64,000 bases of DNA, taken from the NCBI GenBank assembly GCA_951406725.2, contig OX597820.1, forward strand, positions 123,938,001-124,002,000, written 5' to 3'. The position numbers were made by a program, and so were the translations under genes. The notes beneath the pieces were generated by a model. The model was not told the DNA's origin, ran no database searches, and saw nothing but the letters and a program-made list of their open reading frames with translations. This DNA comes from Octopus vulgaris (lineage: Eukaryota). This document shows positions 27,097 through 40,866 of the stretch, piece by piece. The number at the start of each line of letters is the position of its first letter. The stretch's first letter is position 1.

Positions 27097-27327
27097 ATTT
27101 CTTTACTACCCACAAGGGGCTAAACACAGAGGGGACAAACAAGGACAGACATAGGTATTAAGTCGATTACATAGACCCCAGTGCGTAACTGGTACTTAAT
27201 ATATCGACCCCGAAAGGATGAGAGGCAAAGTCGACCTCGGCGGAATTTGAACTCACAACGTAACGCAGACGAAATACCGCTAAGCATTTCGCCCGGTGTG
27301 CTAACGTTTCTGCCAGCTCGCCGCCTT
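27097..27327 (-). mobile_element. Full-length family B SINE with 17-bp TSD (duplicate at 36297-36527)
   Basis: TSD atatgagtagataacct at 27080-27096 and 27335-27351. Confidence 0.92.
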
Positions 27328-27968
27328 TGAGTAGATATGAGTAGATAACCTCCTAATAAAAGCTCTCAATAATGAAAAATTAAAAAAACCCAAATGTTTA
27401 CCGTTTTCTTCAACAAATTTGGATTAAAAATATATAAATAATGTTGTCTTTATACAAAACAGTATGAATATTTTAGTACAGAGGCTGTAAATAACCTAAG
27501 AGTTATTTGCTGAAATATCAGCAAATTCTTTCTCTTTCGCATTAATCGTTTCTGGAAAGCGAATGACATCCATTGTTCTATTAATCTTAAATAACTATTG
27601 CTTTCAGATAGTACTTAGCCTGGTTGTGCCAATATTCGGGAGAAGCTTACGCACTGTACAAGAGAAGAGAACTATAATCTAGTTTACTTGATCTAATGTA
27701 GAAGGAGACGTTCACAAAATAATCCACCTCCTCTTGACATCTTCAACAAAGTTTTCTTCTGACCTGTCAGATAATCTAGTTACCACTAAAGTTACTGAGA
27801 TCGTCAACAATGGGTTAGTTCTTATCTGACATGCTTTTACTTATGGTTTGTATTTGATAACGTGACTGTTCAAATGTTGGAGATCGTATGTATTTTCATT
27901 TGCACACAGAAAAGCAGAGACTCACATATACACATGTATACACACATACACACACGCACACACACACA

Positions 27969-28054
<86 letters not shown>

Positions 28055-28915
28055 CAACTGATAATAGATTCGAAATACAGTTTATTTGTGTTATAGACAT
28101 AACATTATTTCGCTTTTTGTATTTACCTTCAAGGATTACAAGTCTGTTCTGTTAATAATTACTGTTTACATTCGAACTTGAAAAGCATATATACCATTTC
28201 TCCTTTTACCTTATTTTCTGATCTTTTTACAGGAATTATCCAAGCAGCCTTTCAACGAATCTCATTGCAGCTTGTATGATTACTTTTGTCTTGTTCTACG
28301 AAGAAGCTCAAACTATTGCTTAATCCCAGAAGTAAATATTGGGGTTATATTTTTTTTTAGATATTCTATTCGATTTCCCAAAGCGACATTAATGAACTGT
28401 ATAGTCCAAACGTCGAAGGTTTCGACTAATATCAGTTATGTTTACCAGAATTCTATTAATATTTGCCTTCATGGACAAAGAATAGGTGAATGTGAAGAAA
28501 TATTCTCGAAACTTTGGGTTTTGTTTTGTTATTATACTGCTCTATTTCTATGTTCAAAAGAATCAACAGGGAATTTGAAGAGACAGAATGAATGAAAATT
28601 ATTGACTTCTTCTAAAGGCAGATAGTTAAATATATTAGTTCGGAAAAGGCAATATAAGAGTCAGTCAATTTATATATATATTAACGAAATTGAACAACTT
28701 GTTGTCATTAGCAATATATATACTGGAATCTTCATGCCACAATATCATATTCAGTAGGATTGTTTCCAAACAAGATACATTATAATGATTGTGTTAAGTT
28801 GGGTCCGGTATCAGCGTCACAGTCAAATTCAATTATTTTCTGTGTGTATATTAGAGTGTTGATGAGATCTACAAGTCTTTTCGGCATCAACACACCTGTG
28901 CTAATCTAGTGCTTA

Positions 28916-30103
28916 CGAGGTGGTATCAAAGGGTTCCCGGACTACTTCTGTAATGCGGTTGCACCAACAAATGGCACACACGATTGCATGCGCAATGAGA
29001 ATTACCAATGACCTTCATGAAGCGGTGTGCCAAGTGACACCGCTGTGTTTACTTTGCACACTGTGAAATTTGTGTTTATGGGATCACGCGTATGCTGTAG
29101 CCTGAGATTTTGTCATGGTCAGGAAGAAGGAACAAACAGCCAACGTGGAATTTTGCGTTAAACTTGGGAAATATTCGACAGAGTCATTGAGTACGCCTCG
29201 ACAAGTTACCTGAGATGAGGCAATGAGACGTTTGAAATGTTTCGAGTGATACAGGCTCTTCAGAATCTCTTAAAAATCGGAAGAACATACCTGGAAGACG
29301 ATCAGCGATCTGGAAGACCTGCCACGAAATGTAGATCGAATTCCTCAGCTTGTGCATGAGGAAGGTCGGAGGACAATCAGCGAGATTACTGATGTTGATG
29401 GTCTGTCGTATTGGGCCATGTAAGCAATCCTAACGACAGAACTGAACATGTGGCGTGTCTCTGCAAAGTTTGTCACCCGCCTGCTGACTACTGAGCAGAA
29501 ATAACATCGCGTCGAAATCTGTGAATATATCCGTCATACATATCGTGTAGAGGGCCATCACTGATGACAAGATTTACATGTAAGGGTAGGACGCTGAGAC
29601 GAAGCAGCAGTTGTTACAATGCACAAGCCCTTCATTCATGTGGTAGAGCCACTGCTCAATAAAATGCATACTCAAGGTTCTTTTTCGAGATCCGCTGTAT
29701 TGTACATCGAGGATTCTCCCCCAGGGTCAGACGATAATGCACCATGTCACCAAGCTCTCCTCACTCGTGGGTTTCTCACAAAACGCAACTTAGTATCGCT
29801 ACCGCACCTGTCCTATTCGCTAGATTTAACTCCTTCGGACTTCCAGCTCTTTCCCAAGATGAAAAGGCAGCTCATTTTCTGCAATGTTAAAACCGTTTTT
29901 TATATCCAAATTGAATCGCAGTAGGTCCTCGACTAGCTTACGGGAAACGACGTCTAGGCCGGATTCCAAAAGTGTCAAGAACCCTGGGACCGATGTATTG
30001 CTGCGCAAGATGACTTTTTAGAACGAGATGGTGCTAAAAACTTAGGTAAGTAACTTATTTTTATTAAACATAACTAGTTTGGGAAACTTTTGATACCACC
30101 TCG
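28916..30103 (+). mobile_element. mariner (D,D34D) element, decayed
   Basis: TIRs cgaggtggtatcaaag.. and ..cttttgataccacctcg; EDDQRSGRP; DNAPCH...PHLSYSLDLTPSDFQLFPKMK. Confidence 0.92.
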
Positions 30104-31259
30104 CATTCTATGTCTTAGATGAATGTCAAATTAGATGTCGAAAAAAATACAGACCCATGAAAAGCAGACGATTAAATATGCAAAACGTTTTACTTTTGCT
30201 TACTGTTCTCCCACTTCATGGCTCTCTATGTTCCCATACATATTATTGATTGACCCCTATTCTGACACAGGATCAGTTTGAACACAAGCGCCCAGAAGAA
30301 AATTAGAATACGGTACAAATATGATATGAGTGTTATATATAGGTAGATTGCGATCGCGGTGGAGAATATTAAAAAAAATCAATTTTTTAAGACATGGTTA
30401 TTATAATATGCATAGATAGATTGAAAACACAAAGCGTAATGTTTAAAAGCAAAATGGAGCGATTGATAACCACATTTTTTATTTTGTTGTGTGTGTGGCA
30501 ATGTATCATATTTCAAATGATATTTTTCCGCCACACTTTTAATAAAACAAGAATAATGAGCACTGCTACTGAATAAACAGATAAAAATAATTATTTTCTT
30601 TTTTTTTTAAATTTTCTATTAGGATAGAAAACAAATACGGCACTACTAAGTTTTGCTTGTAGCAAAAGCTCTCTGTGAGACCTAATTTTCGTAAGAGTGA
30701 TATCCTATAAATCTCTGAGGAATTAGTAAATTTCAATAAATATTTGTAGATTTCTATATACTTTAGTTTAATTCGATAGGTATTATAGGGAATTTAATAA
30801 ACACTTAAAATATAGAAAGTAGCTGTTATGAAAACTATTGTTATTATATATGATATTATTCTTAAATAAATTAAAGGAAACGTACCAGTACAAGATTTCA
30901 AAATCCAGCAATGTCAGAACCAAGCATAATGATGTACTCCACATCTTCAGATGTAGTGTATATGACATTGCTTAATATTGAAAATAATTTTAAGTTAGTG
31001 AAGAATACACATTTGTTTTATGAACGTGCAAGAATTGTTTGATTTATATACACATCCTTGTCCAGAGATTTGTTCTCTATATGAATGGTGATCAATCCAA
31101 GAGAAAGTTTTCCAGAATTTAGCATTTCTACGTATCTATGCTACTTAATTTCTTATACCTAAACTAAATAAGAATCTAATATGTACAGTATCAAATTCAA
31201 ATTTGCTATTTTGGTAACACGCTCCCCAAATGTTTATGGTATCAACATTTCATAACTCA

Positions 31260-31655
31260 TCTTTATATATAAAAGAGAGGTTGTGTCCTGTCTGTCTCCT
31301 ACGATTTAGATTCCTAACTACTCTCACATTTTGCGGTGTAGTTTAACCAAAACCGGGTATCTTATAGTCGTGATTCATATCGAGCCCTTCTGGGTATTAG
31401 CGCGCGCCTACGATGAGTCTACGATTTAAAAAAAAAATACCATCAATTTTTCCCAGTTTTAATCCATTTTTGGCAGATATAAGGGAAGTAACTCTCTAAA
31501 AATGTATTATTAAATCTCAGAACATAAAAAGCTACAGTACCCCCCCCCCCTTTGTGGTTAGCCATATTGAGATGGCTATTATACTTTACATCTCTAAAAA
31601 TGCTTATATAGTTATTTCCCTTACAAAGCCGAGCAACGCCGGGCGATACTGCTAG
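31260..31655 (+). mobile_element. Non-autonomous Helitron
   Basis: A|TC start, CTAG|T end, subterminal GC-rich hairpin-like gccgagcaacgccgggc. Confidence 0.85.
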
Positions 31656-31679
31656 TTCAAAATAAATCATTAACATCAG

Positions 31680-32970
31680 CGATAAACTGAAACGAGCAGA
31701 GAGATATATTTTGCCAGCAACGATAAATAAAGAAAAATAGGTGCATGGAAGATAATCGTAGACATTAAGGATGTAAATAATAAACGATTGATGATAAATA
31801 GAAACATCTGAGACTTTTCAGAAATTCAAGAGTAGAATATCTGAGAATGAAACATAAATAATTTACTTTAGAGAGTCAAGGCTATTGAAAAGGTTGCAAC
31901 ACGCAACAAAAATTTTAGAACATAAAAATAAGAATTAAGTGGAAATTTTAGCGGTAAGTGTGTTAAATAATAGGGCACAAAAGAAAATGACTCTCCCCAG
32001 ACACAACAGAATATGCTTCAACACACGAACTCACATAAAGAATCTTGCAAACCAAATCCAAAAACGAAAAATAAATTACAGTTCTATAGCATTTTATTTG
32101 ATTGAATAATGGCTTCATTACCGCCAAAGACGTCTTCTGTAAACAAATATTTGTATTTATATTATGTATGTTTCTATATATCACAATTATATGAATACGC
32201 TCATGGAATTTCATCGTTCCCTTTAATCAGTTCCAGCTGCATTTACCCCACTGATAGTTTCCTCTAATGGTGGCGCGCAGCCATTTATAGTCCTCGTATA
32301 TTGCGCTTTTATTGGTTTCCAATTAGCACACTCGTAACGCTATTGAATAGAATGCAATGCTTTGTTTGTTTGCATTCCTGTGTTGTCACAGTCAAAGGCA
32401 GCTGACTGGCGGAATTACACAAGCATCGGATGGGAAAGCTTTCAATGTCTCTTCTCCAGGGTAATACACGTGGAGAAAACTTGCGACATTATCTCAGGTA
32501 AATTTTGTCATATAACCTTGCTCATATTAATGCTCCGTGATATTTAAATAGACACTCATTAAATTATCTGGAAGCTTTGCCTATATTAAATATATTTTCC
32601 TGTATTTTCAAGATATGTGCAAATGCTATCTTTCTCTAACAGAAAATATTTTAAAATAAACATTAAGGTGATGAGAAATTACAGGAAAATTCTATTTATA
32701 ATATTCTTGTGATGTAAGAATTCTTTCAAAGTTAATTCAATTCTCCCATACATTTGCCAATAAAATGCTCTAGAACTTTAACTATAAATCTGTAAGATAT
32801 TTGTTTTTCATCTTCAAATATCCTTCTCTTGAATTACTGAAATGTCTCAGATGTTTCTATTTATCATCAATCGTTTATGCATTACATCCTTAATTATCTT
32901 CCATGCATCAATTTTTCTTCATTTATCATTGCTAGCAAAACACCTCTCTCTGCTCGTTTCAGTTTATCAC
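31680..32970. repeat. ~150-bp diverged inverted repeat pair ~1 kb apart (duplicate at ~40891-42180)
   Basis: 31680-31831 is the reverse complement of 32826-32970. Confidence 0.85.
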
Positions 32971-33808
32971 CATTCAATAACTGTTCTCTTTGAATAACTT
33001 GCCAGTCTCTACTATTTTGTACTCCTTACACTAATACGCCGTTTAAGAAAAACAACTGTTTATAGGTAGAAAATAAAATTGCCTAAAATACTCACAGTGT
33101 TTACTCAAAGGCTCAATCTGTCGCTTTACACATGTAATTTCAACCGAAAATCTTTAAAAGATAGTCCGTTACTGCTTAGTATCAGCTCCATTATGATATA
33201 AGTGATATATTCTTAGTAGTGTCCTGGACATAATCATATAAAATGTTCTGTCTCTACACATTTAGAATTAGATTATATATTATACGCTTTTTAAGAGTAC
33301 AGTAACATTTAAATAAAATTTAGCTGTCGAATAATTCCTACAATTTGTAAGAAATCAACAAATGTAAGTAGTCATCTGCGCCCTCTCGTGGAGAGATTAA
33401 GTCTCCGTCTATACTATAATGGTATAGTAATTCAAAATATTTCTGCATTCAAGGTGTGATATGTTATGGCTTCTACTTCCCGATTTCCATTTTAGAAAAA
33501 TTTTGTTTCCAGGGGGTGTTGTTGGGCACAATATAAGCTATCTATCTAATTACACAAAGTAAAGTTCAACTGCCAAATCTATTTCGGTCACTGTAAGCTG
33601 TTAACGTCACTTGGATAACTATTTTCAATTTTTAAACTATGATTACTAGCTTCTAGCGATAATAATATTTACTATTGAAAATTGTCTTCTTCACAAAATT
33701 TTATGCATATTTATTCTCACACGGTGTAAGAGTGTTTGTTTTAAAGATAAAAGCAAACACGATGGAATAAATATGTATGTATGCATGTATGTATGTAGAC
33801 ATGTATAT

Positions 33809-33908
33809 NNNNNNNNNNNNNNNNNNNNNNNNNNNNNNNNNNNNNNNNNNNNNNNNNNNNNNNNNNNNNNNNNNNNNNNNNNNNNNNNNNNNNNNNNNNN
33901 NNNNNNNN
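33809..33908. other. Assembly gap (100 N)
   Basis: Run of n. Confidence 1.
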
Positions 33909-35706
33909 ATACCATTCATTTCTAAAACAGCACGATCGCAATTTCGAACGTGTTTCGTTTTATCTCATCCAGTCAGATAATGTCATTCAATAATAAAATG
34001 ACTTCTGACGTCGAATAATCGTCAGGTTGTTTCAGTTATTCCTATATATACTGATTGACAGGATGCATTTATAAATCAAACCAAAAATACATCTTACCTT
34101 CAAATGCTTGTATCCAATGCTCAATCGTAAATAAGCAATGTTGGTTCCAATACTAATCAACAGGCCTACAAACACACGCACAGACACACACACACATACA
34201 CACACACACTCACTCACACACACATGTGTGTGTGTATTGTACATGTGTGTATGTATGTATACATATATATGTATATATGTGCACATACTTATAGGCTTGG
34301 CCAAAATTATGGAGCAGGTATGAAAAAATGATTGAAACGATGATTGAAACTCATTTACTTAAAAATTGAGAGCAGTTTGATAGATAGTCTGGAGTCAACA
34401 ATAATTGGTATTCGATGTGTCCTGCTTTTGCTTTTAAAGCCGCTTTTATGCGTTTTTGGAAACTTGAGACTCAGTTGGCGCAAGTGTCTGGGTCAATTTA
34501 TGTTACTCATTGTGTGACACTAAAGTTTTCGCTATTTGTTTCAGTGAATATCTTATTAACTTATCTGTGGCTAATTCTTGTTGCAAATTTCTCCAAAGAA
34601 ATAGATTCCTGAAGCTCAAATGATTCAAATCATAGCATTATCTAGTGAATGATTCTCCCAAGATGAAATTGCAAAAAATGCTCGAGAAAAGCTGTCCAAT
34701 CAACCATCAAAAGTTTCAATGAGACCAAATTCTTCCATAAACTGTAGAGGTCCAGGTTGCAAAAAGTGTACAACTGGTTGCTGAAGAGGAGAACATCTCT
34801 GGCTAAGAGGAAAAAGTCCTATTCTGACAGGACTGCTGAGTTTCAGGTGGCAACAAACAAGAATGTATAAACTGGTACCGTGAGAAGATTAATAGAAACT
34901 GGCTGAAAGGATGTAAAACCAGAGGTAAACAAGAAGGAGCGATTGTCTTGGACAAAAGAGCATGACAATTGATCTGATGATAATTGGGCTAAAGTTGTTT
35001 GGTTTGATTAAACTAACTTTGAGGTAGGTTCTCCACATTCATTTCCACCACTTCCCTGGGCATAACTGAAATTCTTGCTTTTGTACAAATTCTTTATTGG
35101 ATACACAGAATTATCAGAAACTTTTTTGTCTCCTCAGAATCTTGAAAGCCCTGGAGCTGCTTTTGTTCGCAGTAGAATTGGGGAAGCCTATCTTCCTGGA
35201 TGTGTGGTCCCAACAGTCAAAATATCTGTACATATCAGTACTAGGGGCCAAAACGATTACATTGTTTCCTTATGTTATATTTGTGGCAGAATGAATTTAG
35301 AGAATAATGCATATCTTGGTAAACCTACTTTAATTTATTTGTCGGATTCATAAATACAACAAGGAAACAATGTTATTATTTTGATTTCGAGTACTGCTAT
35401 GATAAAAAGGGTTTATCCTATATGTTGGAATTCTATATGGTCATCTATAGCTGATGAGAGCATTCTTTTCAAACTGATGTAATGTTTTCCATTATCGATG
35501 AAATGGTGACGCTCGAAACGTCAGTAATGAATTTATAACCGTATATTCTTGTTACTTAATTACTGTTCACCTATCTTCAACCTGATGGGGCTATACTGAA
35601 CTGGTTTGGTGCCGCAATTCAACTGAAGCTTGACTATATTATATTATATTATGTTATATTATATTACATTATATTATATTACATTATATTATATTATATT
35701 ATATTA

Positions 35707-35794
<88 letters not shown>

Positions 35795-37172
35795 CTGCTA
35801 TCTTTCAGTTATTAATCTGGAATGTTCTCTCTCGGAGATAGAGCGCAATTTTTTTCCGAATTACGCAAGGAAATGTACTTCAAAAATAATTTGTGTAGAA
35901 ATCGAAATCACCCTTGATAATTTAAAATTTTAAAGTCTGTCTGTATGTTCTGAAGTATGAAATATGCAAGAATATTGATTAAATCTGAAATATTTTATAT
36001 TAATTGTTAATGTTGATGACATATTTAAGATGACATTAATCTCAAATCAGGAACAGAATTTAGGAACACCACTAGAGCATGTAGTTTGTTACGTATTAGC
36101 ACCCATAGCACTAACATATATGCTTGACCTTATACATATTTTCTAGAATATAAGCTTAATAATAATAATATATTCTGTAACGTATGTTCGATTTCCACAT
36201 TCATTTATATTTGTGAGGCCAATAGCGTTCGCAAGAAAGAAATAAAGTAAAATTCCTGCATCCCGAAAACGTTGCAGTAATATGAGTAGATAACCTATTT
36301 CTTTACTACCCACAAGGGGCTAAACACAGAGGGGACAAACAAGGACAGACATAGGTGTTAAGTCGATTACATAGACCCCAGTGCGTAACTGGTACTTAAT
36401 TTATCGACCCCGAAAGGATGAGAGGCAAAGTCGACCTCGGCGGAATTTGAACTCACAACGTAACGCAGACGAAATACCGCTAAGCATTTCGCCCGGTGTG
36501 CTAACGTTTCTGCCAGCTCGCCGCCTTTGAGTAGATATGAGTAGATAACCTCCTAATAAAAGCTCTCAATAATGAAAAATTAAAAAAACCCAAATGTTTA
36601 CCGTTTTCTTCAACAAATTTGGATTAAAAATATATAAATAATGTTGTCTTTATACAAAACAGTATGAATATTTTAGTACAGAGGCTGTAAATAACCTAAG
36701 AGTTATTTGCTGAAATATCAGCAAATTCTTTCTCTTTCGCATTAATCGTTTCTGGAAAGCGAATGACATCCATTGTTCTATTAATCTTAAATAACTATTG
36801 CTTTCAGATAGTACTTAGCCTGGTTGTGCCAATATTCGGGAGAAGCTTACGCACTGTACAAGAGAAGAGAACTATAATCTAGTTTACTTGATCTAATGTA
36901 GAAGGAGACATTCACAAAATAATCCACCTCCTCTTGACATCTTCAACAAAGTTTTCTTCTGACCTGTCAGATAATCTAGTTACCACTAAAGTTACTGAGA
37001 TCGTCAACAATGGGTTAGTTCTTATCTGACATGCTTTTACTTATGGTTTGTATTTGATAACGTGACTGTTCAAATGTTGGAGATCGTATGTATTTTCATT
37101 TGCACACAGAAAAGCAGAGACTCACATATACACATGTATACACACATACACACACGCACACACACACACGCG

Positions 37173-37268
<96 letters not shown>

Positions 37269-38127
37269 ACTGATAATAGATTCGAAATACAGTTTATTTG
37301 TGTTATAGACATAACATTATTTCGCTTTTTGTATTTACCTTCAAGGATTACAAGTCTGTTCTGTTAATAATTACTGTTTACATTCGAACTTGAAAAGCAT
37401 ATATACCATTTCTCCTTTTACCTTATTTTCTGATCTTTTTACAGGAATTATCCAAGCAGCCTTTCAACGAATCTCATTGCAGCTTGTATGATTACTTTTG
37501 TCTTGTTCTACGAAGAAGCTCAAACTATTGCTTAATCCCAGAAGTAAATATTGGGGTTATATTTTTTTTTAGATATTCTATTCGATTTCCCAAAGCGACA
37601 TTAATGAACTGTATAGTCCAAACGTCGAAGGTTTCGACTAATATCAGTTATGTTTACCAGAATTCTATTAATATTTGCCTTCATGGACAAAGAATAGGTG
37701 AATGTGAAGAAATATTCTCGAAACTTTGGGTTTTGTTTTGTTATTATACTGCTCTATTTCTATGTTCAAAAGAATCAACAGGGAATTTGAAGAGACAGAA
37801 TGAATGAAAATTATTGACTTCTTCTAAAGGCAGATAGTTAAATATATTAGTTCGGAAAAGGCAATATAAGAGTCAGTCAATTTATATATATATTAACGAA
37901 ATTGAACAACTTGTTGTCATTAGCAATATATATACTGGAATCTTCATGCCACAATATCATATTCAGTAGGATTGTTTCCAAACAAGATACATTATAATGA
38001 TTGTGTTAAGTTGGGTCCGGTATCAGCGTCACAGTCAAATTCAATTATTTTCTGTGTGTATATTAGAGTGTTGATGAGATCTACAAGTCTTTTCGGCATC
38101 AACACACCTGTGCTAATCTAGTGCTTA

Positions 38128-39315
38128 CGAGGTGGTATCAAAGGGTTCCCGGACTACTTCTGTAATGCGGTTGCACCAACAAATGGCACACACGATTGCA
38201 TGCGCAATGAGAATTACCAATGACCTTCATGAAGCGGTGTGCCAAGTGACACCGCTGTGTTTACTTTGCACACTGTGAAATTTGTGTTTATGGGATCACG
38301 CGTATGCTGTAGCCTGAGATTTTGTCATGGTCAGGAAGAAGGAACAAACAGCCAACGTGGAATTTTGCGTTAAACTTGGGAAATATTCGACAGAGTCATT
38401 GAGTACGCCTCGACAAGTTACCTGAGATGAGGCAATGAGACGTTTGAAATGTTTCGAGTGATACAGGCTCTTCAGAATCTCTTAAAAATCGGAAGAACAT
38501 ACCTGGAAGACGATCAGCGATCTGGAAGACCTGCCACGAAATGTAGATCGAATTCCTCAGCTTGTGCATGAGGAAGGTCGGAGGACAATCAGCGAGATTA
38601 CTGATGTTGATGGTCTGTCGTATTGGGCCATGTAAGCAATCCTAACGACAGAACTGAACATGTGGCGTGTCTCTGCCAAGTTTGTCACCCGCCTGCTGAC
38701 TACTGAGCAGAAATAACATCGCGTCGAAATCTGTGAATATATCCGTCATACATATCGTGTAGAGGGCCATCACTGATGACAAGATTTACATGTAAGGGTA
38801 GGACGCTGAGACGAAGCAGCAGTTGTTACAATGCACAAGCCCTTCATTCATGTGGTAGAGCCACTGCTCAATAAAATGCATACTCAAGGTTATTTTTCGA
38901 GATCCGCTGTATTGTACATCGAGGATTCTCACCCAGGGTCAGACGATAATGCACCATGTCACCAAGCTCTCCTCACTCGTGGGTTTCTCACAAAACGCAA
39001 CTTAGTATCGCTACCGCACCTGTCCTATTCGCTAGATTTAACTCCTTCGGACTTCCAGCTCTTTCCCAAGATGAAAAGGCAGCTCAGTTTTTGCAATGTT
39101 AAAACCGTTTTTTATATCCAAATTGAATCGCAGTAGGTCCTCGACTAGCTTACGGGAAACGACGTCTAGGCCGGATTCCAAAAGTGTCAAGAACCCTGGG
39201 ACCGATGTATTGCTGCGCAAGATGACTTTTTAGAACGAGATGGTGCTAAAAACTTAGGTAAGTAACTTATTTTTATTAAACATAACTAGTTTGGGAAACT
39301 TTTGATACCACCTCG
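38128..39315 (+). mobile_element. mariner element (duplicate of 28916-30103)
   Basis: Same TIRs and motifs. Confidence 0.92.
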
Positions 39316-40473
39316 CATTCTATGTCTTAGATGAATGTCAAATTAGATGTCGAAAAAAATACAGACCCATGAAAAGCAGACGATTAAATATGCAAAACGT
39401 TTTACTTTTGCTTACTGTTCTCCCACTTCATGGCTCTCTATGTTCCCATACATATTATTGATTGACCCCTATTCTGACACAGGATCAGTTTGAACACAAG
39501 CGCCCAGAAGAAAATTAGAATACGGTACAAATATGATATGAGTGTTATATATAGGTAGATTGCGACCGCGGTGGAGAATATTAAAAAAAATCAATTTTTT
39601 AAGACATGGTTATTATAATATGCATAGATAGATTGAAAACACAAAGCGTAATGTTTAAAAGCAAAATGGAGCGATTGATAACCACATTTTCTTTTATTTT
39701 ATTGTGTGTGTGGCAATGTATCATATTTCAAATGATATTTTTCCGCCACACGTTTAATAAAACAAGAATATTGAGCACTGCTACTGAATAAACAGATAAA
39801 AATAATTATTTTCGTTTTTCTTTTATTTTCTATTAGGATAGAAAACAAATACGGCGCTACTAAGTTTTGCTTGTAGCAAAAGCTCTCTGTGAGACCTAAT
39901 TTTCGTAAGAGTGATATCCTATAAATCTCTGAGGAATTAGTAAATTTCAATAGATATTTGTAGATTTCTATATACTTTAGTTTAATTCGATAGGTATTAT
40001 AGGGAATTTAATAAACACTTAAAATATAGAAAGTAGCTGTTATGAAAACTATTGTTATTATATATGATATTATTCTTAAATAAATTAAAGGAAACGTACC
40101 AGTACAAGATTTCAAAATCCAGCAATGTCAGAACCAAGCATAATGATGTACTCCACATCTTCAGATGTAGTGTATATGACATTGCTTAATATTGAAAATA
40201 ATTTTAAGTTAGTGAAGAATACACATTTGTTTTATGAACGTGCAAGAATTGTTTGATTTATATACACATCCTTGTCCAGAGATTTGTTCTCTATATGAAT
40301 GGTGATGAATCCAAGAGAAAGTTTTCCAGAATTTAGCATTTCTACGTATCTATGCTACTTAATTTCTTATACCTAAACTAAATAAGAATCTAATATGTAC
40401 ATTATCAAATTCAAATTTGCTATTTTGGTAACACGTTCCCCAAATGTTTATGGTATCAACATTTCATAACTCA

Positions 40474-40866
40474 TCTTTATATATAAAAGTGAGGTTGTGT
40501 CCTGTCTGTCTCCTACGATTTAGATTCCTAACTACTCTCACATTTTGCGGTGTAGTTTAACCAAAACCGGGTATCTTATAGTCGTGATTCATATCGAGCC
40601 CTTCTGGGTATTAGCGCGCGTCTACGATGAGTCTACGATTTAAAAAAAAATACCATCAATTTTTCCCAGTTTTAATCTATTTTTGGCAGATATAAGGGAA
40701 GTAACTCTCTAAAAATTTATTATTAAATCTCAGAACATAAAAAGCTACAGTAACACCCCCCTTTGTGGTTAGCCATATTGAGATGGCTATTATACTTTAC
40801 ATCTCTAAAAATGCTTATATAGTTATTTCCCTTACAAAGCCGAGCAACGCCGGGCGATACTGCTAG
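40474..40866 (+). mobile_element. Non-autonomous Helitron (duplicate of 31260-31655)
   Basis: A|TC ... CTAG|T. Confidence 0.85.

Larger units (their letters stand above)
24741..33808 (+). repeat. Copy 1 of ~9.1 kb direct duplication
   Basis: Colinear with 33909-43018; scattered SNPs and microsatellite length differences. Confidence 0.97.

Noticed and set aside
28200-28280. Polypyrimidine-AG followed by a 41-nt candidate exon
   Set aside because: Weak donor and no supporting gene structure.
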